DNA of 64,000 bases, from contig JAFGXD010000114.1 in assembly GCA_016936815.1 (NCBI GenBank), positions 5,377-69,376 on the forward strand, read 5' to 3'. The notes under the pieces were generated by a model, which did not search any database, was not told where the DNA came from, and worked only from the letters and a program-made list of their open reading frames with translations. Shown in pieces: positions 45,423 through 56,357 of the stretch. Each line of letters opens with the position of its first letter. The stretch's first letter is position 1. The position numbers were made by a program, and so were the translations under genes. Source of the stretch: Bacteroidales bacterium (GTDB lineage Bacteria > Bacteroidota > Bacteroidia > Bacteroidales > GWF2-38-335).

Positions 45423-46331
45423 ATGAATGAAATTATTGCAACGGAAAATCTCTCCAAAACTTATAAGGAAGTTAAGGCTGTGTCTAATCTTTCAATCAGT
45501 GTTGGTAAAGGAGAAATTTACGGTTTTCTTGGTCTAAATGGAGCAGGAAAAACGACTACTATTCGAATGCTTTTAGGAATGATTAATCCATCTGAAGGCA
45601 AGGCTTATATTAAGGGGAAACAGGTTTTTTCCGGCTCTATTGACCTATGGAAAGATGTTGGCTATTTGGTTGAGGTTCCTTATGCTTATCCTGAACTAAC
45701 AGTAAAGCAGAACCTTGAAATATTCAGAAGGCTAAGAAAAGTGTCAGATAAGGATGCTATTAACATTGTAATGGATAGATTGAAGATTTCAAAATACTCG
45801 AATCGTAAGGCCAGACATTTATCTTTAGGCAATGCGCAACGCTTAGGTCTTGCTAAGTCTTTAATTCATAATCCTTCTGTCTTATTATTGGATGAACCTT
45901 CTAATGGACTAGATCTCGCCGGAATACAAGAAATAAGAGAATTGTTGGTCGATTTGGCTAAAAACCATGGGATTACGGTATTTATTTCAAGTCATATTCT
46001 TGATGAAGTTTCTAGGTTTGCCACAAGAATTGGAATTATTCATGATGGAAAGCTGATTGAAGAAATTGATTCAGAACAACTTAAAAAACTTTGTAAAAAG
46101 GAATTATTACTCAATACAGGAGATAACGAAAAAGCTATTTCAATACTAAAAGAAAAACATATTATAGCTCGATTTTGGAATAATTTCATAAAAATTGATG
46201 ATGCAGATTTAATTTCGCATCCCGAAATTGTTTCTTCTCTTATAGTAAACAACAATATTCCACTTTCAATGATTAAAGTGGAGGAGGAAGATTTGGAGTC
46301 GTATTTTTTAAGAACAATTAAAAACAAATAG
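45423..46331 (+). CDS. ABC transporter ATP-binding protein (ABC-2/bacitracin-type exporter subfamily)
   Basis: Walker A GLNGAGKTT, signature LSLGNAQRLGL, Walker B LLLDEP, H-loop SSHIL, C-terminal regulatory extension. Confidence 0.88.
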   Translation: MNEIIATENLSKTYKEVKAVSNLSISVGKGEIYGFLGLNGAGKTTTIRMLLGMINPSEGKAYIKGKQVFSGSIDLWKDVGYLVEVPYAYPELTVKQNLEIFRRLRKVSDKDAINIVMDRLKISKYSNRKARHLSLGNAQRLGLAKSLIHNPSVLLLDEPSNGLDLAGIQEIRELLVDLAKNHGITVFISSHILDEVSRFATRIGIIHDGKLIEEIDSEQLKKLCKKELLLNTGDNEKAISILKEKHIIARFWNNFIKIDDADLISHPEIVSSLIVNNNIPLSMIKVEEEDLESYFLRTIKNK

Positions 46332-46333
46332 TC

Positions 46334-47116
46334 ATGAAAAATTTTATTATTGCTTTTAGGGTTGAGTTACTCAAAAATAAAAAATCAAGGGTGTTTTGGG
46401 CTACTGTATTTGTTTTTACATTCCTTCCTTTAATGATAGGATTAATGATTTATGTAGCAAGCAATCCTGAAATTTCTCAAAAACTTGGGATTGTTGGGGT
46501 AAAAGCGAAAATGTTGGGACAACAAGACTGGAAAGGATATCTTACATTAATTAATCAATCTTTGGCAGGTCTCGGACTTATTGGTTTTGGATTTGTTACC
46601 TCGTGGGTTTTTGGTAACGAACATATAAACAGGACTTTTAAAGATATTCTTGCAGTTCCTATTGGTAGGCTTTCAATGGTTGGCGCAAAGTTGCTGCTGG
46701 TTTTTGTCTGGTGCATATTTTTGGCTATTGTATTATTTTTGGTTAGTTGCACTATGGGTTTTATTCTTAATCTACCCCATTGGTCTAATTTGGCTTTTGC
46801 CGATTTTGTATTTAGATTTTTTGGTGCAACCGGTCTTACTTTGCTTTTGCTTTCTCCAATAGCATGGCTTACAGGTTATACTAGAGGGATAATTGCTCCT
46901 CTGGGGTTCGTAATTTTTACTATGATTATAGCCAATTTTACCGGTCTGGTTGGTTTAGGACCATATTTTCCATGGGCTATTCCAGGACTATTATCATCAG
47001 GAGGACAGGGACCTGAATTTCATCTTGTTTTAAGTAGTTACATATTAATCTTTGCAACTTTCTTGGTAGGATTTTATGCTACTCTAAAATGGTGGAGAAA
47101 TGCAGATCATTATTAA
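46334..47116 (+). CDS. ABC-2 type transporter permease
   Basis: Six predicted TM segments. Starts 3 nt after the ATPase stop. Confidence 0.7.
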   Translation: MKNFIIAFRVELLKNKKSRVFWATVFVFTFLPLMIGLMIYVASNPEISQKLGIVGVKAKMLGQQDWKGYLTLINQSLAGLGLIGFGFVTSWVFGNEHINRTFKDILAVPIGRLSMVGAKLLLVFVWCIFLAIVLFLVSCTMGFILNLPHWSNLAFADFVFRFFGATGLTLLLLSPIAWLTGYTRGIIAPLGFVIFTMIIANFTGLVGLGPYFPWAIPGLLSSGGQGPEFHLVLSSYILIFATFLVGFYATLKWWRNADHY

Positions 47117-47278
47117 AAAGAGCCTAATTGGTATTTTTCACCTTATAATATGCTCTTGGGTTTATTCTAAATTTGCCTTAATGAGCTGTCTTGTTTCTTA
47201 ATAATAATCTAACCAAATCGAAAAGTCTTTTTATTAATCAAAATCCGTTTTTTTTATTGTTTTTACTCTCTTTCAAAC

Positions 47279-47286
47279 TATATTTG
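47279..47286 (+). promoter_or_regulatory. -7 promoter box TATATTTG upstream of ileS
   Basis: Perfect TAnnTTTG match 31 nt upstream of the ATG at 47318. Confidence 0.4.
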
Positions 47287-47317
47287 CAAACTTATTTTTT
47301 AAACAATAAAATTACTG

Positions 47318-50300
47318 ATGAACAAACGTTTCCGCGAACATAAGAAATTTGATCTTTCTACTGTAAATAAAGATGTAGCAGAGGAGTGGAAAGAAAATAA
47401 TACATTCGAAAAAAGTATTGAAACAAGAGAAGGAAAACCTCTATTTGTTTTTTATGAAGGCCCTCCTTCAGCTAATGGTATTCCCGGAATTCACCATGTT
47501 ATGGCCAGAACTATTAAGGATGTTTTTTGCAGATATAAAACTCTTAACGGTTTTAAAGTGCTTAGAAAAGCCGGTTGGGATACTCATGGACTACCCGTTG
47601 AACTTAGCGTTGAAAAATCTCTTGGTATTACAAAAGAGGATATTGGAAAGAAAATTTCTGTTAGCGAATATAACGATGCCTGCAAAAAGGATGTAATGAA
47701 ATACACCGATTTATGGGAAAAACTTACAAACACTATGGGTTATTGGGTGGATATGGAAAACCCCTACATAACCTACGACAACAGATATATAGAGTCTTTG
47801 TGGTTTCTTCTGAAAAAACTTTACGAAAAAGATTTTCTCTACAAAGGTTATACTATCCAACCTTATTCTCCCGCTGCCGGTACAGGCCTAAGTACTCACG
47901 AACTTAACCAACCCGGTTGCTACAAAGATGTTAAAGATACAACTGCAGTTGGTGAATTTATTGTTGTCAAAAATGAAAAATCTAAATTTCTCTTCTCAGA
48001 AAATAATGAGGATGTGAGAATTATGGCATGGACAACAACGCCATGGACTTTGCCTTCTAATACTGCTTTGGCTGTAGGAAAAAATATTCAATACCTTAAA
48101 GTTGAAACTTACAATCCTTATACTTTTAAGAAAGTTTCCGTAATTCTTGCCGAAGACCGATATAACTACTATTTCCCCGTTAAAAATGCGGAATTGCCTT
48201 TCGAAGATTATAAAGATGGCGACAAAAACATTCCTTTCAGATTAATTGGAAAATACAAAGGAAGCGAAATTGCCGGTGTTACTTACGAACAACTTATTCC
48301 CTGGGTAAAACCAAATGGCGATGCTTTTAGAGTGGTAACGGCAGATTTTGTTACAACCGAAGATGGTACAGGTGTTGTACATATTGCTCCAACTTTTGGT
48401 GCCGACGACTTTAGAGTAGGAAAAGAAAATAATATTACAGGTCTTTTGGTTGAAATGGCAGACGGAACTCTTTCACCTTTGGTTGATAAAAAAGGTAGAA
48501 TGGTTCCAATTCAGGAAATGGCAGAAAGCTTTGTAAAACAATTTGTTAATATTGAAAACTACAAAGATTTTTCGGGACGTTACGTAAAAAATGAATACGA
48601 CGAAAATGCCAATTCCGAAACCACTACACTAGATGTGGATATTGCAATTCAACTTAAAACAGAAAATAAAGCCTTTAAGGTTGAAAAATACGAACACTCC
48701 TACCCACATTGTTGGAGAACCGATAAGCCTGTTCTTTACTATCCTCTTGATTCATGGTTTATTAAGACAACTGCTGTAAGAGACAGAATGATTGAATTAA
48801 ATAATACAATTAACTGGAAACCACAGTCAACAGGAACAGGAAGATTCGGAAAATGGCTTGAAAATTTGGTCGATTGGAATCTTTCCAGATCGAGATATTG
48901 GGGAACTCCTCTGCCAATTTGGGCAACAGAAGACAGGACATCATTAAAAGTTATAGGTTCTGTTGAGGAACTGAAAAACGAAATGGAGAAATCTGTGAAA
49001 GCCGGATTTATTAAAGAAAATCCGTTGGCTAATTTTGTTCCCGGCGATAATTCTATAGAAAACTACCAAAAAGTTAATCTTCATAGACCTTTTGTTGATG
49101 AAGTGGTGCTAGTTTCCGATGATGGCAAGAAAATGTTTCGCGAGCCCGACCTTATTGACGTTTGGTTCGATTCGGGAGCAATGCCTTACGCTCAGCTTCA
49201 CTATCCGTTTGAAAATAAAGAACTTATTGAAGATAAAAGATTTTTTCCGGCAGATTTTATTGCTGAAGGAGTTGACCAGACAAGGGGTTGGTTCTTTACA
49301 CTTCATGCAATAGCCACAATGGTTTCAGACAGTGTTGCATTTAAAAATATTATATCTAACGGTTTGGTGCTAGACAAAAACGGAAATAAAATGTCGAAGC
49401 GCCTAGGAAATGCAGTAGATCCATTTATTACAATGGAAGAATACGGAGCCGATCCTTTAAGATGGTACATGATAACAAATAGTCAGCCCTGGGACAACTT
49501 AAAGTTTGACGTTGATGGAGTTGACGAGGTTAAAAGGAAATTCTTCGGAACACTTTACAATACCTACTCATTCTTTGCACTTTACGCTAATATTGATAAT
49601 TTCACAGGTAAGGAAAAAGAAGTTGAACATTCGGAAAGACCGGAAATTGACCGTTGGATTATTTCATTGCTAAACAGTCTTATTTCAGAAGTAAAAGAAT
49701 ACTACGAGCAATACGAACCAACCAAAGCCGGTAGGGCAATTCAGGATTTTGTAATGGAAAATCTTTCGAACTGGTACGTACGACTTAACAGAAAAAGATT
49801 TTGGGGTGGCGAAATGAATCAGGATAAACTTGCTGCTTATCAGACACTTTACACTTGTTTGGAGACAGTTGCTGTGCTAGCTTCACCAATAGCACCATTT
49901 TACTGCGACCGTTTGTTTAAAGATTTGAATGAAGGAACCGAAAGAAACAAAGAAGTTTCTGTTCACCTAACAAAATGGCCTGAATCTGATAGTGGTAGAA
50001 TTGACAAAAAGCTTGAAGAGAGAATGGATATTGCTCAGAAATTATCGTCAATGATTTTAGGTTTAAGAAGAAAAGTAAATTTAAAAGTTAGGCAGCCACT
50101 GCAAAAGATAATGATACCTGTTCTTACTGCCGAATTTAAGGAGCAATTGCAAGAAATATCGGGATTAATTTTATCGGAAGTAAATGTCAAAGAAATTGAA
50201 TATCTGGAAGATACAGCAGGAATACTTGTAAAGAAAATTAAACCCGACTTTAAGAAACTTGGGCCAAAATATGGTAAGTTAATGAAGCAAGTTTCTGAAG

Positions 50301-50758
50301 CCATTGTAAGTTTCTCACAGGAAGATATTAACAATTTAGAAAAACAAGGAAGCAAGCTCTTAATTGTAGAAAATCAGGAAGTTTTGGTAAATATTGATGA
50401 TGTAGAAATAATGTCGGAAGACATTCCGGGTTGGCTTGTAAGCAACGAAGGAAAATACACGGTAGCATTAGATATTACTGTTAATGAAGAACTTAGACAA
50501 GAAGGAATTGCAAGAGAATTTATTAACAGAATTCAAAACATAAGAAAAGAATCAGGTTTTGATGTAACAGATAAGATACATGTAAAAATCTTAAGACATC
50601 AAGCTATTAATGAAGCAATTAACACATTTAAAGAATATATTGGACAACAAACACTTGCATTGTCGATTAATTTGATTGATAAAATGGAACAAAATGAGAA
50701 GCAGCTCGTAGAAGTTGATAATGATATTGTTACATATATTGATGTAATTAAGGCATAG
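47318..50758 (+). CDS. ileS: Isoleucine--tRNA ligase (type 2, long form)
   Basis: PPSANGIPGIHHV (HIGH region), KMSKRLGN (KMSKS), CP1 editing domain, 1146 aa. Confidence 0.95.
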   Translation: MNKRFREHKKFDLSTVNKDVAEEWKENNTFEKSIETREGKPLFVFYEGPPSANGIPGIHHVMARTIKDVFCRYKTLNGFKVLRKAGWDTHGLPVELSVEKSLGITKEDIGKKISVSEYNDACKKDVMKYTDLWEKLTNTMGYWVDMENPYITYDNRYIESLWFLLKKLYEKDFLYKGYTIQPYSPAAGTGLSTHELNQPGCYKDVKDTTAVGEFIVVKNEKSKFLFSENNEDVRIMAWTTTPWTLPSNTALAVGKNIQYLKVETYNPYTFKKVSVILAEDRYNYYFPVKNAELPFEDYKDGDKNIPFRLIGKYKGSEIAGVTYEQLIPWVKPNGDAFRVVTADFVTTEDGTGVVHIAPTFGADDFRVGKENNITGLLVEMADGTLSPLVDKKGRMVPIQEMAESFVKQFVNIENYKDFSGRYVKNEYDENANSETTTLDVDIAIQLKTENKAFKVEKYEHSYPHCWRTDKPVLYYPLDSWFIKTTAVRDRMIELNNTINWKPQSTGTGRFGKWLENLVDWNLSRSRYWGTPLPIWATEDRTSLKVIGSVEELKNEMEKSVKAGFIKENPLANFVPGDNSIENYQKVNLHRPFVDEVVLVSDDGKKMFREPDLIDVWFDSGAMPYAQLHYPFENKELIEDKRFFPADFIAEGVDQTRGWFFTLHAIATMVSDSVAFKNIISNGLVLDKNGNKMSKRLGNAVDPFITMEEYGADPLRWYMITNSQPWDNLKFDVDGVDEVKRKFFGTLYNTYSFFALYANIDNFTGKEKEVEHSERPEIDRWIISLLNSLISEVKEYYEQYEPTKAGRAIQDFVMENLSNWYVRLNRKRFWGGEMNQDKLAAYQTLYTCLETVAVLASPIAPFYCDRLFKDLNEGTERNKEVSVHLTKWPESDSGRIDKKLEERMDIAQKLSSMILGLRRKVNLKVRQPLQKIMIPVLTAEFKEQLQEISGLILSEVNVKEIEYLEDTAGILVKKIKPDFKKLGPKYGKLMKQVSEAIVSFSQEDINNLEKQGSKLLIVENQEVLVNIDDVEIMSEDIPGWLVSNEGKYTVALDITVNEELRQEGIAREFINRIQNIRKESGFDVTDKIHVKILRHQAINEAINTFKEYIGQQTLALSINLIDKMEQNEKQLVEVDNDIVTYIDVIKA

Positions 50759-50803
50759 TAAGGGATTTGGAAGATTACTAACAAAAAAAAAACGGGAGGA
50801 TTT

Positions 50804-51184
50804 ATGGAAAAAGAAAAAACAAGATATTCAGATGAAGAACTTCAGGAGTTTAAGACAATTATTTTGGACAAACTTGATAAAGCAAAAGCTGATTATGAAA
50901 TTTTGAAGTCTTCAATAAACAATAGTGACGGTAACGATACTCAGGATACTTCTCCCACATTTAAAGTTTTGGAAGAGGGTGCAGCGGTACTATCGAAAGA
51001 GGAGGCAGGACGTTTAGCTCAAAGGCAGCAAAAGTTTATTCAGCATTTGCAGGCGGCGCTAATTAGAATAGAGAATAAAACTTACGGAATATGCCGCGAG
51101 ACCAACAAACTTATTTCAAAGGAAAGATTGCGAGCAGTGCCTCATGCCACATTAAGCATGGACGCCAAACTTAAGCAACGATAA
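50804..51184 (+). CDS. DksA/TraR family protein (degenerate zinc finger)
   Basis: Coiled-coil N-terminus and C-terminal YGICRETNKLISKERLRAVPHATLS pattern. Only one Cys is retained. Conserved position downstream of ileS. Confidence 0.7.
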   Translation: MEKEKTRYSDEELQEFKTIILDKLDKAKADYEILKSSINNSDGNDTQDTSPTFKVLEEGAAVLSKEEAGRLAQRQQKFIQHLQAALIRIENKTYGICRETNKLISKERLRAVPHATLSMDAKLKQR

Positions 51185-51215
51185 TATTTTTGAAGGCAAT
51201 TTAATTTAAGAAGTG

Positions 51216-51243
51216 ACCGGCAGAGATTTTTTGCCGGTTTTTT
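51216..51243 (+). terminator. Rho-independent terminator after ileS-dksA
   Basis: Hairpin ACCGGCA-(9 nt)-TGCCGGT followed by T6. Confidence 0.75.
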
Positions 51244-51457
51244 ATTTAGCTACACTTTTGCATATAGTAGGTTTAAAAAGACAGTAAAAGAATATAAATA
51301 ATTCAGAACGACATAATAAAGAACAGTTTGGATTAATATTTAAACTATTGTATACAAAAACCTGCCACAAGTATAAAAGCAAGAAAAAAAGTATTCCTAA
51401 ATAGAATATTAAGAGCCAATTTCATTTATCTTTATTGAATAATCAATTACAAAAGTC

Positions 51458-54400
51458 ATGAAAAATCTCTTCCTAATCCTTATTCTGCTAATTTCTTATT
51501 GCAGTTTTAGTCAAGTATTTACCGGTTCAAAAGCTAATGAAATAATAAACGGAGCTGAGGTTGTAAAATTAAAAGATTTTTCTTCAATTCCAGATTTCGT
51601 AAGATTTCGTGAAGGAAAACAAGTCCAGGAAGTTTATTTTGAAAAATGGATTTCCCATTTTTTTCCAAATGGAAATTTCGAACTCAAGGCTTTTCAAAAA
51701 GAAAATACTGCAAAAAATGAGCAACTTACTAGATACAGACTTTATTACAAAGGCGTTCCTGTTGAATTTGCCACATACATTACTAGATCTGAAAATGAAA
51801 AAATAAACTCTATAAATGGAACATTACCCGATAATATTTCTATTTCCATTAATCCTTCTATTTCTGAATTTTCAGCCTTAGAAAAAGCTAAAGAATACAT
51901 TGGTGCAGAAGTATATAAATGGGAGCTTTCTTCTGCGGAATTACACCTTAAGCAAGAAACTAACAATACTAATGCTACTTATTTTCCTACAGGAGAGTTA
52001 GTTATTTTTCCTACTGAAACAAATTTTAAAAAAAACAATTATAAACTTGCGTGGAAATTTAAAATCTATTCTCATAAACCCATAAAACACTCATTTGTTT
52101 ATGTAGATGCTAATTCGGGAGAAATTCTATTTGAGAATAAACTAATACACAATGCTGATGTGGTTGGAAGTGCCGAAACAGTATATTCAGGAACCAGAGC
52201 AATTACAGCAGACAGTTATGGTGGATATTACAGATTAAGAGAAACAGGTAGAGGCAATGGAATTGAAACCTATGATATGAATATGCAAACCGATTACGGA
52301 AGTGCAGTAGATTTTACAGACACCGACAATAACTGGAACAATATAAATGCTGAGTTAGACGAATATGCAACGGATGCTCATTGGGCTGCGGAAATGACTT
52401 ACGATTACTATTACCTTGTTCATGGAAGGAATTCAATTAACGGAGCGGGCCTTGCCTTAAAAAGTTACGTTCATTTTAATCTTATGGATTTGGGTTATCC
52501 CAGCAATGTAAACGCATTTTGGGATGGTTACAGAATGAGTTACGGTGACGGTAGTTCAAGCTATACACCACTTACCACAATTGATATTTCTGCACATGAA
52601 ATAACTCACGGACTTACATCTTACACAGCAAACCTTATTTATTCGAACGAATCGGGTGCATTAAACGAAGCTTTTTCAGATATTTTTGGTACAACAGTTG
52701 AGTTTTATGGAAGAGAAGGAGCGGGAAACTGGCTAATTGGAGAAGATATTGGAAGTGCATTTAGGTCACTTCAAAATCCAAATGCCTATGGATTACCGGA
52801 TACTTATCTGGGAGCAAACTGGGTAACAGGCACAGGAGATAATGGAGGAGTTCATACAAATTGTGGTGCACTTATGTACTGGTACTATCTTATATGCGAA
52901 GGCGGAAGCGGAACCAACGATAACTCAGATAGTTATAGCGTTACAGGAATTGGAATGGAAAAAGCCGGAGCAATTACTTTCAGATTATTAACTGTTTATC
53001 TAACTGAATCTTCACAATATGCAGATGCAAGATTTTATGCAATTCAATCGGCAATTGACCTTTATGGAGAATGTAGCCCGGAAGTTGCAAGTGTAACCGA
53101 CGCTATGCATGCAATTGGTCTTGGAGGAGCTTATGTTCCTTATGTATTAAGCGAGTTTGAAGCCGGAATAGTTTCAGCATGCGCTCCCCCACTAACAGTA
53201 AATTTCAGCAACCTTAGTATTAATGGATCTTCCTTTTCATGGAATTTTGGAGATGGAGCAACAAGCACAACAATTAGCCCTTCACACACTTACACCAATT
53301 ACGGAACATATACTGTTGAACTATACGCTAATGGTGGGTCTTGTGGAGAAGATACTGAGATGAAAACAGCCTACATTGTTATAGACGAAGATCTGGATTG
53401 TATAGTGGTTATGCCAAATTCAGGAATTGCACCAACACAAACGGCCTGCAATGGATTAATTTACGATAATGGTGGACCCGGCGGTTCATATCTTGATAAT
53501 ACAGACATTAATCTTACAATTTCACCTCCCGGAGCTAGTTCTATAAGTTTAACTTTTAATAGTTTCGATATTGAAGCAGGAAGTGGAAGCACCTGCGATT
53601 ACGACTATGTACAAATTTTTGACGGTAGCAGCACATCTTCGCCTCTTTTGGGAACATTCTGCAACACTACAGGAAGCCCCGGAACAATAAATTCAACAGG
53701 TGGTTCTATTACAATACGACATTATTCCGATGGTGCTGTAAACGGTTCAGGATACGAAATTTCGTGGCAATGTACAATGCCTGAAGCCCCTCCGGCAGCG
53801 GCTTTTTCGGCTAACGTAACCGAAACATGCACAGGAATAGTTCAGTTTACCGACCAATCAACAAATGCCCCTAACTCATGGTCATGGGAATTTGGAGACG
53901 GAGGAACTTCAACAAGTCAAAACCCTTCGTACACATATACAGAAAATGGTGTTTATTCGGTTTCACTAACTGCAGGTAATGAATTCGGTGAAAATTCGGC
54001 TACAAGTACTAATTATATTGTTGTAAATATGCCGGATGCACCTACAGTAAACGGAGACAGCATTTGTGCAGAAGAAACTGCTACTATTTCTGCTACCGGT
54101 ACCGGCCTAATAAATTGGTATTATGAAATAAATGATGCCACCCCATTTTTTACTGGAAATACCTATACAACCAGTGTTATTAACGACCCCGGAACTTATA
54201 CTTATTATGCTGAGAATTACGTGAGTTCAGATCCTGAATTTGTTGGAGAAACTAATAATACGACAGGAGGTGGATTTTTTGGAAATGCTTCCTATATCCA
54301 TTATTTGGTATTTGATTGCTATGAAAGCTGCATATTAGAATCGGTAGAAGTAAATGCAGATGGTGCCGGAAACAGATCTTTTGCCTTAAGAAATTCTGCT

Positions 54401-54958
54401 GGCGGAATACTTCAACAAAAAGATGTTTACATTCCAAATGGCATAAGCAGGGTAGAATTAGATTTTGAACTTTCTGAGGCAACAAACCTTCAACTTGTGG
54501 GGTTAGGTGCACCAAATTTATTTAGAAATAATACTGAATCAACACTTTCGTACCCATACAACCTTGCGGGAAAAATAAGTATTAAAAACTCTAGTGCAAG
54601 TACAGGGCCAACAGATTATTACTACTATTTCTACGATTGGAAGATTACTGAACAAGTTTGTATTTCACCGCGTCAACCTGTTAATGTGATAGTTGACGAT
54701 TGTCTTAATATCTATGAATCTTTGAATCAATTGCCCGATATTTATCCAAACCCTGCAAAAAATTCACTAACAATTTCTTGTCCCGATAATTGTTCTTCTC
54801 TAAAATTCGATATTTTTGAGATTACCGGCCAGCTTGTTTTCAGTAACAAAATAGATGCAACAAGTAAAATTGATATTTCAATGTTGAAAGCAGGTATTTA
54901 TAATTGTAAAATAACCGGAGATAATTTAGTAAAAGTGGTTAAATTAGTTGTTGAATAA
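51458..54958 (+). CDS. Secreted M4 (thermolysin-like) zinc metalloprotease with PKD and CUB-like domains and a T9SS C-terminal sorting domain
   Basis: Signal peptide (FS|QVF). HEITHG plus GALNEAFSDIFG zinc-site motifs. Two PKD repeats (WNFGDGATST..HTYTNYGTYTV; WEFGDGGTSTSQNPSYTYTENGVYSV). CUB-like CDYDYVQIFDGSS. C-terminus IYPNPAKNSLTI...GIYNCKITGDNLVKVVKLVVE. Confidence 0.85.
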   Translation: MKNLFLILILLISYCSFSQVFTGSKANEIINGAEVVKLKDFSSIPDFVRFREGKQVQEVYFEKWISHFFPNGNFELKAFQKENTAKNEQLTRYRLYYKGVPVEFATYITRSENEKINSINGTLPDNISISINPSISEFSALEKAKEYIGAEVYKWELSSAELHLKQETNNTNATYFPTGELVIFPTETNFKKNNYKLAWKFKIYSHKPIKHSFVYVDANSGEILFENKLIHNADVVGSAETVYSGTRAITADSYGGYYRLRETGRGNGIETYDMNMQTDYGSAVDFTDTDNNWNNINAELDEYATDAHWAAEMTYDYYYLVHGRNSINGAGLALKSYVHFNLMDLGYPSNVNAFWDGYRMSYGDGSSSYTPLTTIDISAHEITHGLTSYTANLIYSNESGALNEAFSDIFGTTVEFYGREGAGNWLIGEDIGSAFRSLQNPNAYGLPDTYLGANWVTGTGDNGGVHTNCGALMYWYYLICEGGSGTNDNSDSYSVTGIGMEKAGAITFRLLTVYLTESSQYADARFYAIQSAIDLYGECSPEVASVTDAMHAIGLGGAYVPYVLSEFEAGIVSACAPPLTVNFSNLSINGSSFSWNFGDGATSTTISPSHTYTNYGTYTVELYANGGSCGEDTEMKTAYIVIDEDLDCIVVMPNSGIAPTQTACNGLIYDNGGPGGSYLDNTDINLTISPPGASSISLTFNSFDIEAGSGSTCDYDYVQIFDGSSTSSPLLGTFCNTTGSPGTINSTGGSITIRHYSDGAVNGSGYEISWQCTMPEAPPAAAFSANVTETCTGIVQFTDQSTNAPNSWSWEFGDGGTSTSQNPSYTYTENGVYSVSLTAGNEFGENSATSTNYIVVNMPDAPTVNGDSICAEETATISATGTGLINWYYEINDATPFFTGNTYTTSVINDPGTYTYYAENYVSSDPEFVGETNNTTGGGFFGNASYIHYLVFDCYESCILESVEVNADGAGNRSFALRNSAGGILQQKDVYIPNGISRVELDFELSEATNLQLVGLGAPNLFRNNTESTLSYPYNLAGKISIKNSSASTGPTDYYYYFYDWKITEQVCISPRQPVNVIVDDCLNIYESLNQLPDIYPNPAKNSLTISCPDNCSSLKFDIFEITGQLVFSNKIDATSKIDISMLKAGIYNCKITGDNLVKVVKLVVE

Positions 54959-54974
54959 GAAACCAGCGTCCTTA

Positions 54975-56357
54975 TTAAATAGTAGTTTGCCAAAATTTCT
55001 CGAAATCTTCTATAGAAATCAGCCCTTTTTCAGAATAATACTTTCTGAGGTTGATTTCTTTCCTTTTTCTCAACACTTTCAGATTTCTTAGCTTGTGCCT
55101 TTCAAATATCCAAACGGTCTTTTTAAATTTTGGCAATCTAATAAACAATTGTTTAATATAGAAAAACGAACCTATTCTTAAGCCTAAAAAGCGTTTAAAA
55201 TACCTGAAGGAAAATTTCAGTTTAATATTTTCTTTTTTACAGTCAATAAGGGTTTTTCTTAAATAAAATCCGGCTCTCACATGGTTTAAGCCATCGTCGT
55301 AACCAATTGTTTCTCTTATTACTTCTTTTCTAATTTGAACTTTATCAGGAGTATGAAAAGCTTCTATATCAACGGTCTGGTAAAATTCATTAATAAGTTT
55401 CTGAGCTTCTGCAGTAGTTCTTGCTATAACCGAACCTTTATGCACTTTATCTCTTACAAAATCAGGATCGGGGTTAAACAATACAGTTCTTTTGCCCAAC
55501 ATCCAGGCTTCCATAGCGGTTGTGGTTTCAAAACCTGTCCATATATCAGAAATGGCAATTAGTTCATGAATTGGCTCGTCGTCTCTTACGTAAAGCACGT
55601 TGGGCAGGTCTTGCAGACGGATCATTTCATTTAAACTTTCTTTGGTAATATGCGGATGGGTTTCGTTGGGATGCCTTTTTAAAATAAAAAGTATGTCAGG
55701 ATTTGCTGATATTAATTCTCTTAAAAATGCCTCAACTTTATACATCTGTTCTTCCATCCACTTAATTCTGGCAGGGGCTTTTTCTTTGTGATTACCATAT
55801 ATTTCCATTCTGCCTGTATCGCTGTAAATTTTTCCAAAAGCCCAGCCTGCATAACCAATTATTTTCTTGTAATCGGGTAGGTTTCTTCTTTTTAGAAATT
55901 CTTTTCTTCCGGGAAACTCATCAGTTATATATCTATCGAAACCGGTAGCTCCTGTAACTACATTTTTTTCAGCTATTTCGGGTAATTCCTCAGCTAAAAA
56001 ATCTCTTGTCCTTTTTGACCAATGGCAAAGGTATTCCTGATAATACTTCTTGTCGGTATTATATCCCCAATAATTAAAAGTTCCATTGGTTCTAAAATTT
56101 CCTTCCGATATTAGGGCAAAAACTTTTATGCCCTGTTGCGCCGCATATTGCGATATTTCAAAATACCACTGAGAACCAACAGTATTGGGCAGCAAAACTA
56201 TGTCAGGTTTTTTTCTGTAAATAGCATGAATATTCCAAACAAATGCAAATTCAACTTTGCAATTCAGATACATCTCTGCAAAACATACCAAGGGCATTAT
56301 TAACTCTGCATCCCTGCCCTGTTCATCGTCGAGATAACATAATGCTTTATACTTCAT
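54975..56357 (-). CDS. Putative surface-carbohydrate biosynthesis protein (GT-B/TagF-like fold) with a basic C-terminal tail
   Basis: ILFILKRHPNE-type motif resembling the KxHP motif of CDP-glycerol glycerophosphotransferase/capsule enzymes. Overlaps the upstream GT4 gene by 11 nt. The family assignment is weak. Confidence 0.35.
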   Translation of the reverse strand: MKYKALCYLDDEQGRDAELIMPLVCFAEMYLNCKVEFAFVWNIHAIYRKKPDIVLLPNTVGSQWYFEISQYAAQQGIKVFALISEGNFRTNGTFNYWGYNTDKKYYQEYLCHWSKRTRDFLAEELPEIAEKNVVTGATGFDRYITDEFPGRKEFLKRRNLPDYKKIIGYAGWAFGKIYSDTGRMEIYGNHKEKAPARIKWMEEQMYKVEAFLRELISANPDILFILKRHPNETHPHITKESLNEMIRLQDLPNVLYVRDDEPIHELIAISDIWTGFETTTAMEAWMLGKRTVLFNPDPDFVRDKVHKGSVIARTTAEAQKLINEFYQTVDIEAFHTPDKVQIRKEVIRETIGYDDGLNHVRAGFYLRKTLIDCKKENIKLKFSFRYFKRFLGLRIGSFFYIKQLFIRLPKFKKTVWIFERHKLRNLKVLRKRKEINLRKYYSEKGLISIEDFEKFWQTTI

